A program made the position numbers and the translations under genes. Shown in pieces: positions 42,301-50,976 of a stretch of 64,000 bases of DNA. The notes under the pieces are model-generated. The model saw only the letters and a program-made list of their open reading frames with translations. It did no database searches and was not told where the DNA came from. Source of the stretch: Oceanispirochaeta sp. (lineage in GTDB: Bacteria > Spirochaetota > Spirochaetia > DSM-2461); the NCBI GenBank assembly GCA_963663385.2, contig CAXXXD010000004.1, positions 1,088,001 to 1,152,000 on the forward strand. The letters are read 5' to 3'. Each line of letters opens with the position of its first letter. The stretch's first letter is position 1.

Positions 42301-42718
42301 TCTCACCGCCATGGGGGATTACTGCCGGGATCAGCATTGGGATTACTCCTTTATTACCGGGCAGACCGCAGACCGGGCGGAGGAAATCCGCCGCTTTCAG
42401 GAAGAAGAGGATATAAGGATATTCCTGTTAAGCCTTAAAGCCGGAGGAGTCGGTATCAATCTTACAGCGGCAGACTATGTTGTCCTTTTTGATCCATGGT
42501 GGAATCCTGCGGCAGAACGGCAGGCCATCGACCGGGCCCACCGGATGGGGCAGACTCGAAAAGTCATCTCCTACAAGATGATTGTCCGCGATACCATTGA
42601 AGAGAAAATACTGATGATGCAGGAAGAGAAAACGGCCCTTATGGAAGGGATCATCTCTGATGAACAGGGATTCTTCGGTACTTTGAAAGAGGATGAAATT
42701 GTCAATCTTTTTGAGTAG
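39395..42718 (+). CDS. SWIM zinc finger / SNF2-family helicase
   Basis: CECG...CVH (SWIM), LRPYQ, LADDMGLGKT, LDEAH, LTGTPIEN, SLKAGGVGINLT, QAIDRAHRMGQ. Confidence 0.93.
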   Translation: MRILPDEISENRIFQSHLPEARAFTRENRVYNLKQTDTELKGFVLGGEPMPHEVLLRYRPEPEGKGQYLWRCECGSEDPCVHLASLILRSADLGLDKEHWLSLLENRISSAVPAAFPVDDGEGLSLFSGDLFSGGSQDRKQNTVSAAVREAPADHSDIPLFMNLGEDDFLLQQEAPRYDLVFTLTESPGEGILVRPALIRLREGVRSGGIARYKASRPVSPPAGAALKLLNLLTEEENDSLPLEKCLPLVLEQGELFTTAKDGVSVFHADSVEVVFRFQELLGDDRPLYAPEFRFTGGAPEDETRDGLKDTFVLRDYRKLIIRSGRVFCLDQREGRLIVLKEDSNTSFFLNLLLSKSQGFLAADIRGVLRLAKDLNNHCLILNENYPPVSIRRAEPACVLKLRSRQDKTELFFFFRYGSTDIAYQNQTFWLPPEAPDSAGVLLIQKRNRERESELVQEVVERFTDYLSFEKGYYARLVNENREGDLRLDLSLEEFLACYAKSLHEAGVELQLEDRKISGAGAVRFNVKGKTDWLEVDAMVEDPDTEELRSLFFDDHFQTLGLISTGNSYIKLKDAQLRQLEYLRRQGMSDDGQLETSSANFSLVDHIYEQVMDREDSPVEDVVSRARDLRLTFEQDLLPQPETVQATLRPYQLTGYNWLRKLHDMNCMGCLADDMGLGKTLQTLSLLQSLKEKGGLKTSLLVAPVVTLANWESEIARFTPDLGFYRHAGSNRHDSAELFRQYDLVIVSYHTLRNDVDIFLDMAFDYIILDEAHYIKNASSVIFKAIRSLKSSHRLSLTGTPIENNTLELWSQFNFLSPGLLGSQKEFIERFAQPIEKKNDKEALSILRDTVSPFILRRKKEDVLDDLPPKEIIVHYSEMTGSQAELYHKYRDYYRARVKGLLDEKGLAGSSMQIFQFLLKLRQLAIYPPMTGPEGADAGSCKMDALKALLEEVLEEDHKILIFSQFLGSLTAMGDYCRDQHWDYSFITGQTADRAEEIRRFQEEEDIRIFLLSLKAGGVGINLTAADYVVLFDPWWNPAAERQAIDRAHRMGQTRKVISYKMIVRDTIEEKILMMQEEKTALMEGIISDEQGFFGTLKEDEIVNLFE

Positions 42719-43111
42719 ATGATTTTACTCAGCTTTTAAAAAGGGGAACCGGGAGGGATTCGTCGTTGGGACTGCAGCAAAGGCAGCCGGATCAGACTTC
42801 TCTATTAATTATACATAGGAGAAATTCAAAGTAAAAAGGAATGGTGGGGGCATGAATACTGCGCAGCTACTGCCAGAACTCGTCATCCGCTTTATATCCG
42901 ATCGGAAAGGAAGAACTCATTTTTCTGCTTGATCCGGAATCAGTATTAAGGGCTTTTTGAATCGGATCTATCTCCTGAAGCCGGGCAGTCAGGCATAAAC
43001 TCTTCAATAAAACTTTCAAAAATTGCTCTGATGTCTTTATTTGTCTTTTATAGTCCATTATTGTCCATTTGCTATTGATGGTTTATTCGAAAAATGGTAA
43101 GTTCATCCTGT

Positions 43112-43468
43112 ATGAAGAGGTTCTGTCTGTTTTTTACAGTGCTATTATTCTCTCTCTCGCTGATTGGTGAAGATCTGTTCTTCTCCGGTCCGGTTTTTTT
43201 TGCCGGATCAACGGACGTTTTCCTTTCCACAGACAACTCTGAGCTTCCCTCCGGAAATACCGATGCGGTTGAGCTTCTGCTGGAAGAGGAGGAGGAAGAG
43301 AGCGAGGAAGAGGCGGAACTCCACCGCGCTGCGGGTCCGCAGGCTTTTCCCCCTGTAGAATATCAACCACTTCAAAGATACGGCTGCAGCCGACTCCGGT
43401 ACCTGCAGACTCTGTTTACTCCCTTTGAACAGAACCCCATTCTTTCTTTAAGAGGACCCCCCTGCTGA
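43112..43468 (+). CDS. Signal-peptide-bearing leader ORF with poly-Glu tract and C-terminal RGPP motif (candidate translation-arrest peptide)
   Basis: MKRFCLFFTVLLFSLSLIG signal-like N-terminus, EEEEEESEEE tract, ends SLRGPPC*. The ORF track start at 43094 is also possible. Confidence 0.6.
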   Translation: MKRFCLFFTVLLFSLSLIGEDLFFSGPVFFAGSTDVFLSTDNSELPSGNTDAVELLLEEEEEESEEEAELHRAAGPQAFPPVEYQPLQRYGCSRLRYLQTLFTPFEQNPILSLRGPPC

Positions 43469-43509
43469 TTCCTTTCCTGACAGACTGATAAAAATAACGA
43501 AAAGGAATC
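43467..43509 (+). promoter_or_regulatory. Hairpin sequestering the SD of the downstream CBS gene
   Basis: GATTCCTTT (43467-43475, overlapping the uORF stop) is the exact reverse complement of AAAGGAATC (43501-43509), which contains the SD for ATG 43514. Confidence 0.6.
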
Positions 43510-43513
43510 TTAA

Positions 43514-43972
43514 ATGAAAAATATATCTCTCGCCGAATTGCTGGATCAACGGGATATCCCTGTGTTCAATGAACAGGCCAGCCTGGAAGACCTTATTATG
43601 TATGACAGGGAACAGAGCTGCTGTTCTCACTACTATTTCACAAATAGGGAAGGGGTTCTGACCGGTATTCTCAGTAAACAGAAAATACTGGAGTTTTTAA
43701 GCTCCCTGTTCTTTCTGGTGGACAAAAACCAGGAAGACCGGCTGGCTGAGACCCTTGCCACAGTAAAAGTCCGTCCTCTTATGGATACTCATGTCCCTTC
43801 CCTGCGTTTAAATCAGAGCCTGCCCCAGGGAGTGGAAACCCTGCTCCTTTCCGGTTACAGCGCCCTGCCGGTTCTGGATGACAAACGGAGGCTGATAGGG
43901 GAGGTCTCCCGGGATTCCCTGCTGGGTATCATTCCCCTGAGACAGCGGGAGGTTCGTTATGCAGTTTCGTAA
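43514..43972 (+). CDS. CBS-domain pair protein
   Basis: EGVLTGILS, VKVRPLM, LPVLDDKRRLIGEVSR. Confidence 0.75.
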   Translation: MKNISLAELLDQRDIPVFNEQASLEDLIMYDREQSCCSHYYFTNREGVLTGILSKQKILEFLSSLFFLVDKNQEDRLAETLATVKVRPLMDTHVPSLRLNQSLPQGVETLLLSGYSALPVLDDKRRLIGEVSRDSLLGIIPLRQREVRYAVS

Positions 43973-44855
43973 ATATCTGACCGAGGACTCTGTGTTCCTG
44001 GATCAGGATTTTTCCTCGGTAACGGAAGCACTGGATTTCCTCTCGCGGGAGTTTGCCCGCCGAACCGGTCTGGGGGAATCATTTGTGCGGAATCTGCTTC
44101 AGGAACGTGAGGATCTCAGTCCTACCTGGATTGGTTCAGGGACTATGCTGCCCCATAATCATCACCCTGAGGTTAAGGACCTGGTGATGATATTTATCCG
44201 CTGCCGGAAACCTTTTGCCCTGGATGACGGTAATGAGGTCCGTTATATATTTTCCATTCTTACGCCCGGTTCACAGGAGCAGCTCTATCTGGGCATTCTG
44301 CAGGGCATCGGTCAGCTTGTTCAGAACAGGTCCGACAGGATTGACAGCTGCCGTATCCCGGCCGACCTCTTTGACCTGCTGCAGGGGGAATCCTTTCTGA
44401 TGGGTGCTCCCATTACGGCATCGGATCTGGCCAAGGACTGGCCCCGCATCTACCGGGATGATCCGCTTTCCAAAGCGCTGGACCTTATGAAGAAGCATGA
44501 TGTATACCTTCTGCCGGTTTTTACCGGCGAAGGCGGAGTGCTGTGCGGCGTACTGGATCTGGTGGATCTTCTGAAAGCCGGATTCCCTGACTATGTTTTC
44601 AGTCTCTATGACTTTTCCATGATTAATGATTTTCAGCCCCTGAAATACTTCTGGAGAAATGAAGGAGCCCTGAAGGCCGGAGCTTATGCACGGGATCACA
44701 GACCCTATCTGATCCGGGAAGATGCTTCCTACCCGGAGGTCTTCTTCCTGATGATTAAAGGAGGCCGGAGGCATCTGCTGGTCATCAACAGCCTGGATGA
44801 GCTGGTCGGAATCATCCATCCCAAAGAAATAATTCATACGATGCTGAGGCCGTAA
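43959..44855 (+). CDS. PTS EIIA (Ntr/Fru-type) domain fused to a CBS pair
   Basis: EREDLSPTWIGSGTMLPH matches the EIIA_2 phospho-His motif. The C-terminus has LSKALDLM...LPV...GVLD and LVGII CBS repeats. Confidence 0.78.
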   Translation: MQFRKYLTEDSVFLDQDFSSVTEALDFLSREFARRTGLGESFVRNLLQEREDLSPTWIGSGTMLPHNHHPEVKDLVMIFIRCRKPFALDDGNEVRYIFSILTPGSQEQLYLGILQGIGQLVQNRSDRIDSCRIPADLFDLLQGESFLMGAPITASDLAKDWPRIYRDDPLSKALDLMKKHDVYLLPVFTGEGGVLCGVLDLVDLLKAGFPDYVFSLYDFSMINDFQPLKYFWRNEGALKAGAYARDHRPYLIREDASYPEVFFLMIKGGRRHLLVINSLDELVGIIHPKEIIHTMLRP

Positions 44856-46130
44856 ATGACAATACATATGATAATTGCCCTTTTGATTTTTATAGTGGTG
44901 TATGCCCTTTTTATTCTGGAAAAAGTGAATAAGGCTGTAGCGGTGCTTTTCGGTGCTTCCCTCTATCTGGCTTTTCACTTTATCCCCTTTCATGAAGCGG
45001 TGGAACATATAGATGTGAATGTCATCTTCCTTCTGATAGGAATGATGCTGATTGTGCGGATAAGCGAGCAGAGCGGTATTTTCGAATACGCCGCCATTCG
45101 CAGCGCCAAGCTTGTAAATGCGGATCCCATTCGGTTTCTTGCGGTGCTGTTTCTGATGACAGCTTTTTTCTCTGCCGTACTGGATAATGTAACAACAGTA
45201 CTGCTGATATCACCTGTGACTCTTCTGCTGACGACTCAGATGGAAATCCCCGCCCTGCCATTCGTTATTACCGAGATTATAGCTTCCAATGTGGGAGGGA
45301 CCGCGACCCTGATAGGTGATCCTCCCAATATAATGATCGGTTCGGCGGCAAAACTCAGTTTTATGGATTTTCTTCTCAATCTGGCTCCTGTGGTACTCGG
45401 TATTTCCTTTGTTATTCTCGGTTTTATGATTCTGATTTTCCGGAAGGATCTGCAGATAAGCGAACTGAACAGGCACCGGATCCTTGCGATGGATGAGAAA
45501 AAGATGATTCATAACCCTGCTCTGATGAAAAAATCCCTTATTGTGCTCTCATCGGTGGTTATAGGGTTTCTGGTTCACGGCTTTATAGAACTGGAACCCA
45601 GTATTATAGCCCTGGCGGGGGCCTGTGTACTGATTGTCTGGTCCGATGAAGATCTGGAGGACCTTCTCAAGAAGATCGAATGGGACACAATCCTGTTTTT
45701 TGTGGGCCTTTTCATTATGGTGGGTGTACTGGAATATGCCGGTATTATTGGAACCCTGGCAGACAGGATGATCGCCCTGACAGGAGGGAATCTTCAAAAG
45801 ACGAGCCTTGTTCTGCTCTTCTCTTCGGGGATCTTCTCGGGGATTCTGGACAATATTCCTCTTGTAGCGACTTTCATCCCCATCGTGAAGATTATCGGTC
45901 ATTCCGCCGGCAGGGGAGAGCTTGGTCCTGTCTGGTGGAGCCTGGCTCTGGGCTCCTGTCTGGGCGGAAACGGAACCCTGGTAGGAGCTTCGGCCAATGT
46001 GATCATGTTCGGTTTTGCCAAAAAGAATAATGTGGATCTCTCCTTTGGAGGGTATCTGAAATTCGGCATACCTATGACTATCCTGTCTCTGGGGCTCTCC
46101 TGGCTTTATATTCATTACAGGTATTACTGA
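44856..46130 (+). CDS. ArsB/NhaD (ion transporter superfamily) permease
   Basis: LLIGMM, SAVLDNVTTVL, SNVGGTATLIGDPPNIMI, SGILDNIP, LGGNGTLVGASAN. Confidence 0.9.
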   Translation: MTIHMIIALLIFIVVYALFILEKVNKAVAVLFGASLYLAFHFIPFHEAVEHIDVNVIFLLIGMMLIVRISEQSGIFEYAAIRSAKLVNADPIRFLAVLFLMTAFFSAVLDNVTTVLLISPVTLLLTTQMEIPALPFVITEIIASNVGGTATLIGDPPNIMIGSAAKLSFMDFLLNLAPVVLGISFVILGFMILIFRKDLQISELNRHRILAMDEKKMIHNPALMKKSLIVLSSVVIGFLVHGFIELEPSIIALAGACVLIVWSDEDLEDLLKKIEWDTILFFVGLFIMVGVLEYAGIIGTLADRMIALTGGNLQKTSLVLLFSSGIFSGILDNIPLVATFIPIVKIIGHSAGRGELGPVWWSLALGSCLGGNGTLVGASANVIMFGFAKKNNVDLSFGGYLKFGIPMTILSLGLSWLYIHYRYY

Positions 46131-46162
46131 TCCTTCTCTTTTTTTCTCCCCATCCCACCGTT

Positions 46163-46184
46163 CCCCCTCGACTACGCTCGGGGG
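46163..46184 (+). repeat. Intergenic repeat family A, copy 3
   Basis: CCCCCTCGACTACGCTCGGGGG within a longer hairpin after the transporter stop. Confidence 0.65.
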
Positions 46185-46275
46185 ACGCTGGGAAAATAAA
46201 AATCTGCCGTTTGCTTTTTGCCGCCTTATCTCTTACCATTAATTAGATACATAATGATAAGCGAGGGGTATTTAA

Positions 46276-48111
46276 ATGATGAAACAGCGTTCTGTTCTGT
46301 TCAAAATAGCTGTCCCCAGTGTATCTTTCATTGTTGTTCTTATTGCGGCAGTCTGTTTTATAGCCTACCAGTCCACATTTGACAGTTTGTTTGTTGTCTA
46401 TAAAACCCAGCTGGACAGTACCAGCCGGGATATAAACAGGCAGCTGGATGATTTCTATACAGCCCAGCTGGATACGGCTGCTTCCATAGCCGGCAACACA
46501 CTTCTGGGAAAGGTGCTGGAGCAGAATGATCAGGATGCTCTTGATGAGTATCTGGGTTCTGTAACGGAGAGTCTTTCCGTATTTGAAACCATCCTGATCC
46601 TGGATACCTCCACAGGGCGTATTGCGGGGGATAATCAAAAGGGTTCTTTCCGTAATCTCAAGCTGGAGGAGGCGTTTCCCGAACTGACAGACACAGAGTA
46701 TAAAAGGGGAGAACAGTCTTTCAGCGCTCCCTTTGTCTCCACATCAACAGGTTGTCCGGTTGTGCTTGTCAAGCAGAGTCTGGGAGTAACAGGCGGTTAT
46801 GAGCTTTTCACAACATTCAATCTGGGAAGATTTACGGCAGGGACACTGGTTCATGCGGTTATCGGCATTACAGGATATCCCTTTGTCTGCAATCTGGAGG
46901 GGATTACAGTGGCACACCCCAATCCTGCCAATATTATGACCCTGAATCTAATGGATTTCGAGTTCGGCCGGACCATGATGAGTTCTCCCGACGGCACCCT
47001 TATCGAGTATCTGTGGGAAGGAAAGGACAAAATCCTCTCTATCGCCCGGAATGACAGTCTGGGACTGGTTACGGGAACCACAATGTATGTGGATGATATC
47101 AAACAGGCCGCATCGGCGGTAAGCCGAAATCTTGGCCTGACCGGTATCGGAGCTGTTCTGCTGCTGGCGGGCCTATTGATTTCTCTGTTTATGAAAGTCG
47201 TTACCCGGCCTTTAAAGCATGCTGTGGAAATATCCGAGTCTGTGGCGAAAGGGGATCTGACCGTGGAGTTTACGGTGACACAGAATGATGAGATCGGGCG
47301 GCTCCAGCAGTCTCAGAAAGATATGGTAAGAGCTTTGAATTCCATTATTGCAGAAGTCACAAACGGATCGGAGACAGTGGCTGCCGGCAGCCAGCAGATG
47401 AGCGCGTCAGCCGTTCAGGTTTCTCATGGAGCGAATACCCAGGCTGCCGGAGTGGAAGAGGTGGCCGCCTCAATAGAGCAGATTACAACAAATATACAGC
47501 AGACCGCTGAAAATGCAGGGCAGACAGAGCTTATCGCCAGGAATGTGGCCAGCAGCGCTGGTGAGAGCTGTAAGGCTGTGAATGAGGCCCTGGAAGCCGT
47601 CAGCCGCATTAACCAGGAAATTGCGGTCATTGGAGAGATTTCCCGGTCTACCAATATGCTGGCCCTGAATGCCGCCATCGAAGCAGCCCGGGCAGGTGAA
47701 TCAGGTAAGGGTTTTGCGGTTGTGGCAGCCGAAGTCAGGAAGCTGGCGGAAAAAAGCTCCCGTTCGGCAGATCTGATAATGGATCTGTCCCGGCATACGG
47801 TGGATTCCGCCCGGAGAGCCTCGGAAATGCTGAATTCTCTGATGCCGGAAATCAACAGGACCGCTTCTCTGGTACAGGACATCAGTCTGGCCAGCAGGGA
47901 ACAGCATATGGGTGTTGTTCAGATCAATCAGGCGGTTCAGCAGCAGGACCATATTATCCAGCAGAATGCCAGCGTATCCGAGGAGCTGACAGCAACGGCT
48001 GAAAATCTGGCCGGACAGGCCTCGGGTCTGCTGGAAGCTGTCCGGTACTTTCAGGTGGAGGAAAACCGGTATCTTCGGGAACAGCCGAAATCGGCTTTGA
48101 TTGACGGCTGA
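46276..48111 (+). CDS. Methyl-accepting chemotaxis protein (Cache, HAMP, MA)
   Basis: Two TM segments, VAHP Cache motif, HAMP (DEIGRL) and [34 protein letters not shown]. Confidence 0.95.
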   Translation: MMKQRSVLFKIAVPSVSFIVVLIAAVCFIAYQSTFDSLFVVYKTQLDSTSRDINRQLDDFYTAQLDTAASIAGNTLLGKVLEQNDQDALDEYLGSVTESLSVFETILILDTSTGRIAGDNQKGSFRNLKLEEAFPELTDTEYKRGEQSFSAPFVSTSTGCPVVLVKQSLGVTGGYELFTTFNLGRFTAGTLVHAVIGITGYPFVCNLEGITVAHPNPANIMTLNLMDFEFGRTMMSSPDGTLIEYLWEGKDKILSIARNDSLGLVTGTTMYVDDIKQAASAVSRNLGLTGIGAVLLLAGLLISLFMKVVTRPLKHAVEISESVAKGDLTVEFTVTQNDEIGRLQQSQKDMVRALNSIIAEVTNGSETVAAGSQQMSASAVQVSHGANTQAAGVEEVAASIEQITTNIQQTAENAGQTELIARNVASSAGESCKAVNEALEAVSRINQEIAVIGEISRSTNMLALNAAIEAARAGESGKGFAVVAAEVRKLAEKSSRSADLIMDLSRHTVDSARRASEMLNSLMPEINRTASLVQDISLASREQHMGVVQINQAVQQQDHIIQQNASVSEELTATAENLAGQASGLLEAVRYFQVEENRYLREQPKSALIDG

Positions 48112-48179
48112 TTAATATTGTGCCTTCCTGCTCATTATAGTTTACAATAGGCAGTATGATGAATCTTGCGTAAAGGAGA

Positions 48180-48851
48180 ATGAGTATGAAGGCATCCATT
48201 CAGGGGAATCCGTCTTTCAGCCATGTGCATATCGATCTGGATCCAGGTGAGAGCATTACCGCAGAAAGCGGCGCCATGCAGTCCATGGCAGCCCGGCTGG
48301 ATATGAAAGCCGTATCAAACGGCGGGTTTTTTTCCGCTCTGGGAAAGAAAATCTTCGGAGGCGAATCCTATTTTGTCAATCAGTTCACCAATAGGGGCAG
48401 CGCCCCCATGCGCGTTACCATCTCCCAGGATGTTCCCGGAGAAATCCGGGCGCTGAAACTGGACGGTACTCGGGATATCTGCCTTCAGAAAGGCTCCTAC
48501 CTGGCCCATTCGGGGGATATAAAACTCAAAGCATCCTGGGCCGGTTTTATCTCCTGGTTCTCAGGGGAGGGCCTTGTCAAACTGAAGGCATCAGGGAACG
48601 GTACCCTCTGGTTCGGCGCCTACGGCGGAATTATTGAAAGAAGAGTGGAGGGGAGTCTTAAAGTGGACGACGGCCACCTGGTTGCCTATGATCCCTCTCT
48701 GAAACTGAAAGTCGCCCTGGCGGGGGGATTGTTCTCCAGTTTCTTCGGAGGCGAGGGATTCGTTACGAAAGTCAGGGGCAGCGGTACGGTTTATATACAG
48801 ACCCGCAGTCTGAGGGGCCTGGCATCCTGGCTGAATCCCAAATTCCGGTAG
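48180..48851 (+). CDS. TIGR00266/AIM24 family protein, copy 1
   Basis: AESGAM, GGESYFVN, FSGEGL, VDDGHLVA, GGEGFV, QTR. Confidence 0.88.
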   Translation: MSMKASIQGNPSFSHVHIDLDPGESITAESGAMQSMAARLDMKAVSNGGFFSALGKKIFGGESYFVNQFTNRGSAPMRVTISQDVPGEIRALKLDGTRDICLQKGSYLAHSGDIKLKASWAGFISWFSGEGLVKLKASGNGTLWFGAYGGIIERRVEGSLKVDDGHLVAYDPSLKLKVALAGGLFSSFFGGEGFVTKVRGSGTVYIQTRSLRGLASWLNPKFR

Positions 48852-48866
48852 AGAAAGGAGAGAATT

Positions 48867-49565
48867 ATGCAGATTGAAGTTATAAACCGCCCGGCCAATA
48901 CGGCAGCCAAAGTTCTTCTGGAACCTTCCGAAACCTTTACGGCCGAGGGGGGCGCCATGATTGCCATGTCCGGCGATATGAATCTGGTTACCAGCGTCAA
49001 CAAAAACGAAAAAAGCAAAGGCCGTAAGCTGCTGAAAGGCCTGGCCCGGACGCTGGGGGGAGAAGGGCTCTTTTTGAACCATTTTACAGCCGGCGTGAAC
49101 GGCGGGGATGTCTTTCTGGCCCCTTCCCTTCCCGGGGACCTTGCGGTTATCGAGCTGGACGGCAGCCGGGCCGTCAAAGTGCAGAACGGTTCATTCATGG
49201 CCTATGAAAACGGGGTGAATATGAATATCAGCTGGGAGGGATTCAAGAATGTTTTTTCCGGCGAAAACATGATCTGGCTGGAGATGTCCGGCAGGGGAAA
49301 GGTCCTGATAAATGCGTTCGGGATGATCTACCCGGTTAAAGTGGATGGTGAGTATATTGTGGATACCGGCAATATCGCCGCTTTTGATGAGACCCTGGAG
49401 TTTAAAATCTCCAAAGCGGGAAAGAGTCTTTTCTCCTCTATTATGGGAGGAGAAGGGCTGGTCTGCCGCTTTAAGGGTCGGGGAACCGTCTGGTGTCAGA
49501 CCCATGCAGACAGGGCTTTCGGTACAAAACTGACCCCTCTGCTCACCCCGAAACAGGATAACTAA
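48867..49565 (+). CDS. TIGR00266/AIM24 family protein, copy 2
   Basis: AEGGAM, GGEGLFLN, APSLPGD, VDTGNIAAF, GGEGLVCRF. Confidence 0.88.
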   Translation: MQIEVINRPANTAAKVLLEPSETFTAEGGAMIAMSGDMNLVTSVNKNEKSKGRKLLKGLARTLGGEGLFLNHFTAGVNGGDVFLAPSLPGDLAVIELDGSRAVKVQNGSFMAYENGVNMNISWEGFKNVFSGENMIWLEMSGRGKVLINAFGMIYPVKVDGEYIVDTGNIAAFDETLEFKISKAGKSLFSSIMGGEGLVCRFKGRGTVWCQTHADRAFGTKLTPLLTPKQDN

Positions 49566-49575
49566 GGAAGGAAAA

Positions 49576-50262
49576 ATGCAGGAAAATAGATCTGACTATA
49601 AATATGATATCGCCTCCGCACCGGATTTCGGGATGGTGAATATTACCGTGCCACAGGGAAAAACCCTCAAGGCCGAAGCTTCGGCCATGGCCTATATGGA
49701 TTCCACCCTTAAAATGAAAACAAAAATGAAGGGCGGCCTGAAAAGGGCCCTGACGGGGGAGAAGCTTTTTATTAATGAGTTTACAGCAGATGCCGGGGAT
49801 GCAGATATAGGTATAGCCCCGGGATGCCCCGGAGATATCGGCCACCTCTACCTGGAGAACGACACGGTTTTTCTGCAGAGTTCCTCCTACCTGGCTTCCT
49901 CTCCGGATCTGGAAACGGGAATCGATTTTCAGGGATTCAAGGGGTTCTTTTCGGGAGAGAAGATTTTTATGATCCGCTGCAGCGGGACGGGAGACCTCTG
50001 GTTCAATACATTCGGCGGGCTGATAGCCATAGATGTCCGGGATAACTATGTGGTGGACACCGGTTACATTGTGGGCTTTACGGAGGGCCTCAGCTACGAT
50101 GTTCGTCCCGTGGCCGGGATGAAGAGCCTGTTTTTTTCCGGAGAGGGGCTGGTCTGCCGCTTTTCGGGAGAAGGAACCGTCTGGATTCAGACCAGGCAGT
50201 CCCCCGCCTTTGTGAGCTGGGCGGACGCCTTCCGGCGGGTTGAGAAAAAGAAGAAGGATTAG
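49576..50262 (+). CDS. TIGR00266/AIM24 family protein, copy 3
   Basis: AEASAM, TGEKLFIN, APGCPGD, VDTGYIVGF, SGEGLVCRF, QTR. Confidence 0.88.
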   Translation: MQENRSDYKYDIASAPDFGMVNITVPQGKTLKAEASAMAYMDSTLKMKTKMKGGLKRALTGEKLFINEFTADAGDADIGIAPGCPGDIGHLYLENDTVFLQSSSYLASSPDLETGIDFQGFKGFFSGEKIFMIRCSGTGDLWFNTFGGLIAIDVRDNYVVDTGYIVGFTEGLSYDVRPVAGMKSLFFSGEGLVCRFSGEGTVWIQTRQSPAFVSWADAFRRVEKKKKD

Positions 50263-50354
50263 TCTGCCGTCAACCGCCGGTTACGACTCATAAAGTATTC
50301 CCATTGAACAGAACTCTGATGATACTGATGAAATTATAAGGAATTTCTGCTAGA

Positions 50355-50561
50355 ATGAAAGTTATGGATAAAACACAGTTACATCCCCAGTTTTTAATGA
50401 ATGAACAGGGTAAAAAAACTTCTGTCCTTCTTCCCGTTGAGGAGTTTTATGAACTTCTTGAAGATCTGGAAGATCTGGCTGTTTGTGCTGAGCGAAGAAA
50501 TGAGCCGACAATTCCCATGGAAGAGGTTATTAAAGAGTTAGGTCTTGAAGACCGTGTATAA
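50355..50561 (+). CDS. Putative antitoxin of a RelE-type TA pair
   Basis: Small acidic protein (GKKTSVLLPVEEFYELLEDLED...EEVIKELGL) overlapping the toxin gene. Confidence 0.8.
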   Translation: MKVMDKTQLHPQFLMNEQGKKTSVLLPVEEFYELLEDLEDLAVCAERRNEPTIPMEEVIKELGLEDRV

Positions 50562-50808
50562 AATTGAATTCAAAAAATCAGCCTTGAAAGAGTTGAAAAA
50601 GCTTCCCCGGAAGGAACAAATTTCAATTTTATCAGCGATTAAAAAACTGGCGGAGAATCCCATACCTGTGGGATACAAGAAAATGGTCGGGTCAGAATCC
50701 ACGTACAGAATCAGGGTTGGTAATTATAGAATCATTTACAATATCTACAAGAAAGAACTCTTTATAGAAATTATACGGGTCGGCCATAGAAAAGATATAT
50801 ATCGCTGA
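50545..50808 (+). CDS. relE: RelE/ParE family toxin
   Basis: YKIEFKKSALKELKKL, YRIRVGNYRIIY, VGHRKDIYR. Start is TTG 50545 or GTG 50554. Confidence 0.92.
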   Translation: MKTVYKIEFKKSALKELKKLPRKEQISILSAIKKLAENPIPVGYKKMVGSESTYRIRVGNYRIIYNIYKKELFIEIIRVGHRKDIYR

Positions 50809-50910
50809 GTTTAAAAGCCTTTTTCATGTTAAGCGTTGGTTCGGCCTGCGGTTACTGCCGGAAAAACTTCTTCAACGTGAAATGTCATTCCGGCGAAAAA
50901 TAAAATCATG

Positions 50911-50969
50911 TCATAACAAGTATGTTGCTGCCGTTTCCCTTCGGTCACAGCAGAACAATGGTGTTATGA
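50911..50969 (+). mobile_element. Solitary attC-like site (59-base element)
   Basis: TCATAAC-AAGTAT-GTTGCTGC-(18 nt)-GCAGAAC-AATGGT-GTTATGA: complementary AAC/GTT R boxes, 8/7-nt L boxes with an extra base at position 4, total length 59 bp. Confidence 0.65.
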
Positions 50970-50976
50970 TTTTATT

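Noticed and set aside
39395..42718. SNF2 helicase as an anti-phage defence system
   Set aside because: Stand-alone SWIM-SNF2 architecture with no methylase, nuclease or other defence partners adjacent.
42867..43058. 63-aa minus-strand ORF
   Set aside because: No RBS or recognisable motif, so it cannot be supported as a gene.
50828..50834. GTTAAGC core-like site after relE as a second attC
   Set aside because: No matching inverse core or stem upstream, so a cassette array cannot be supported.
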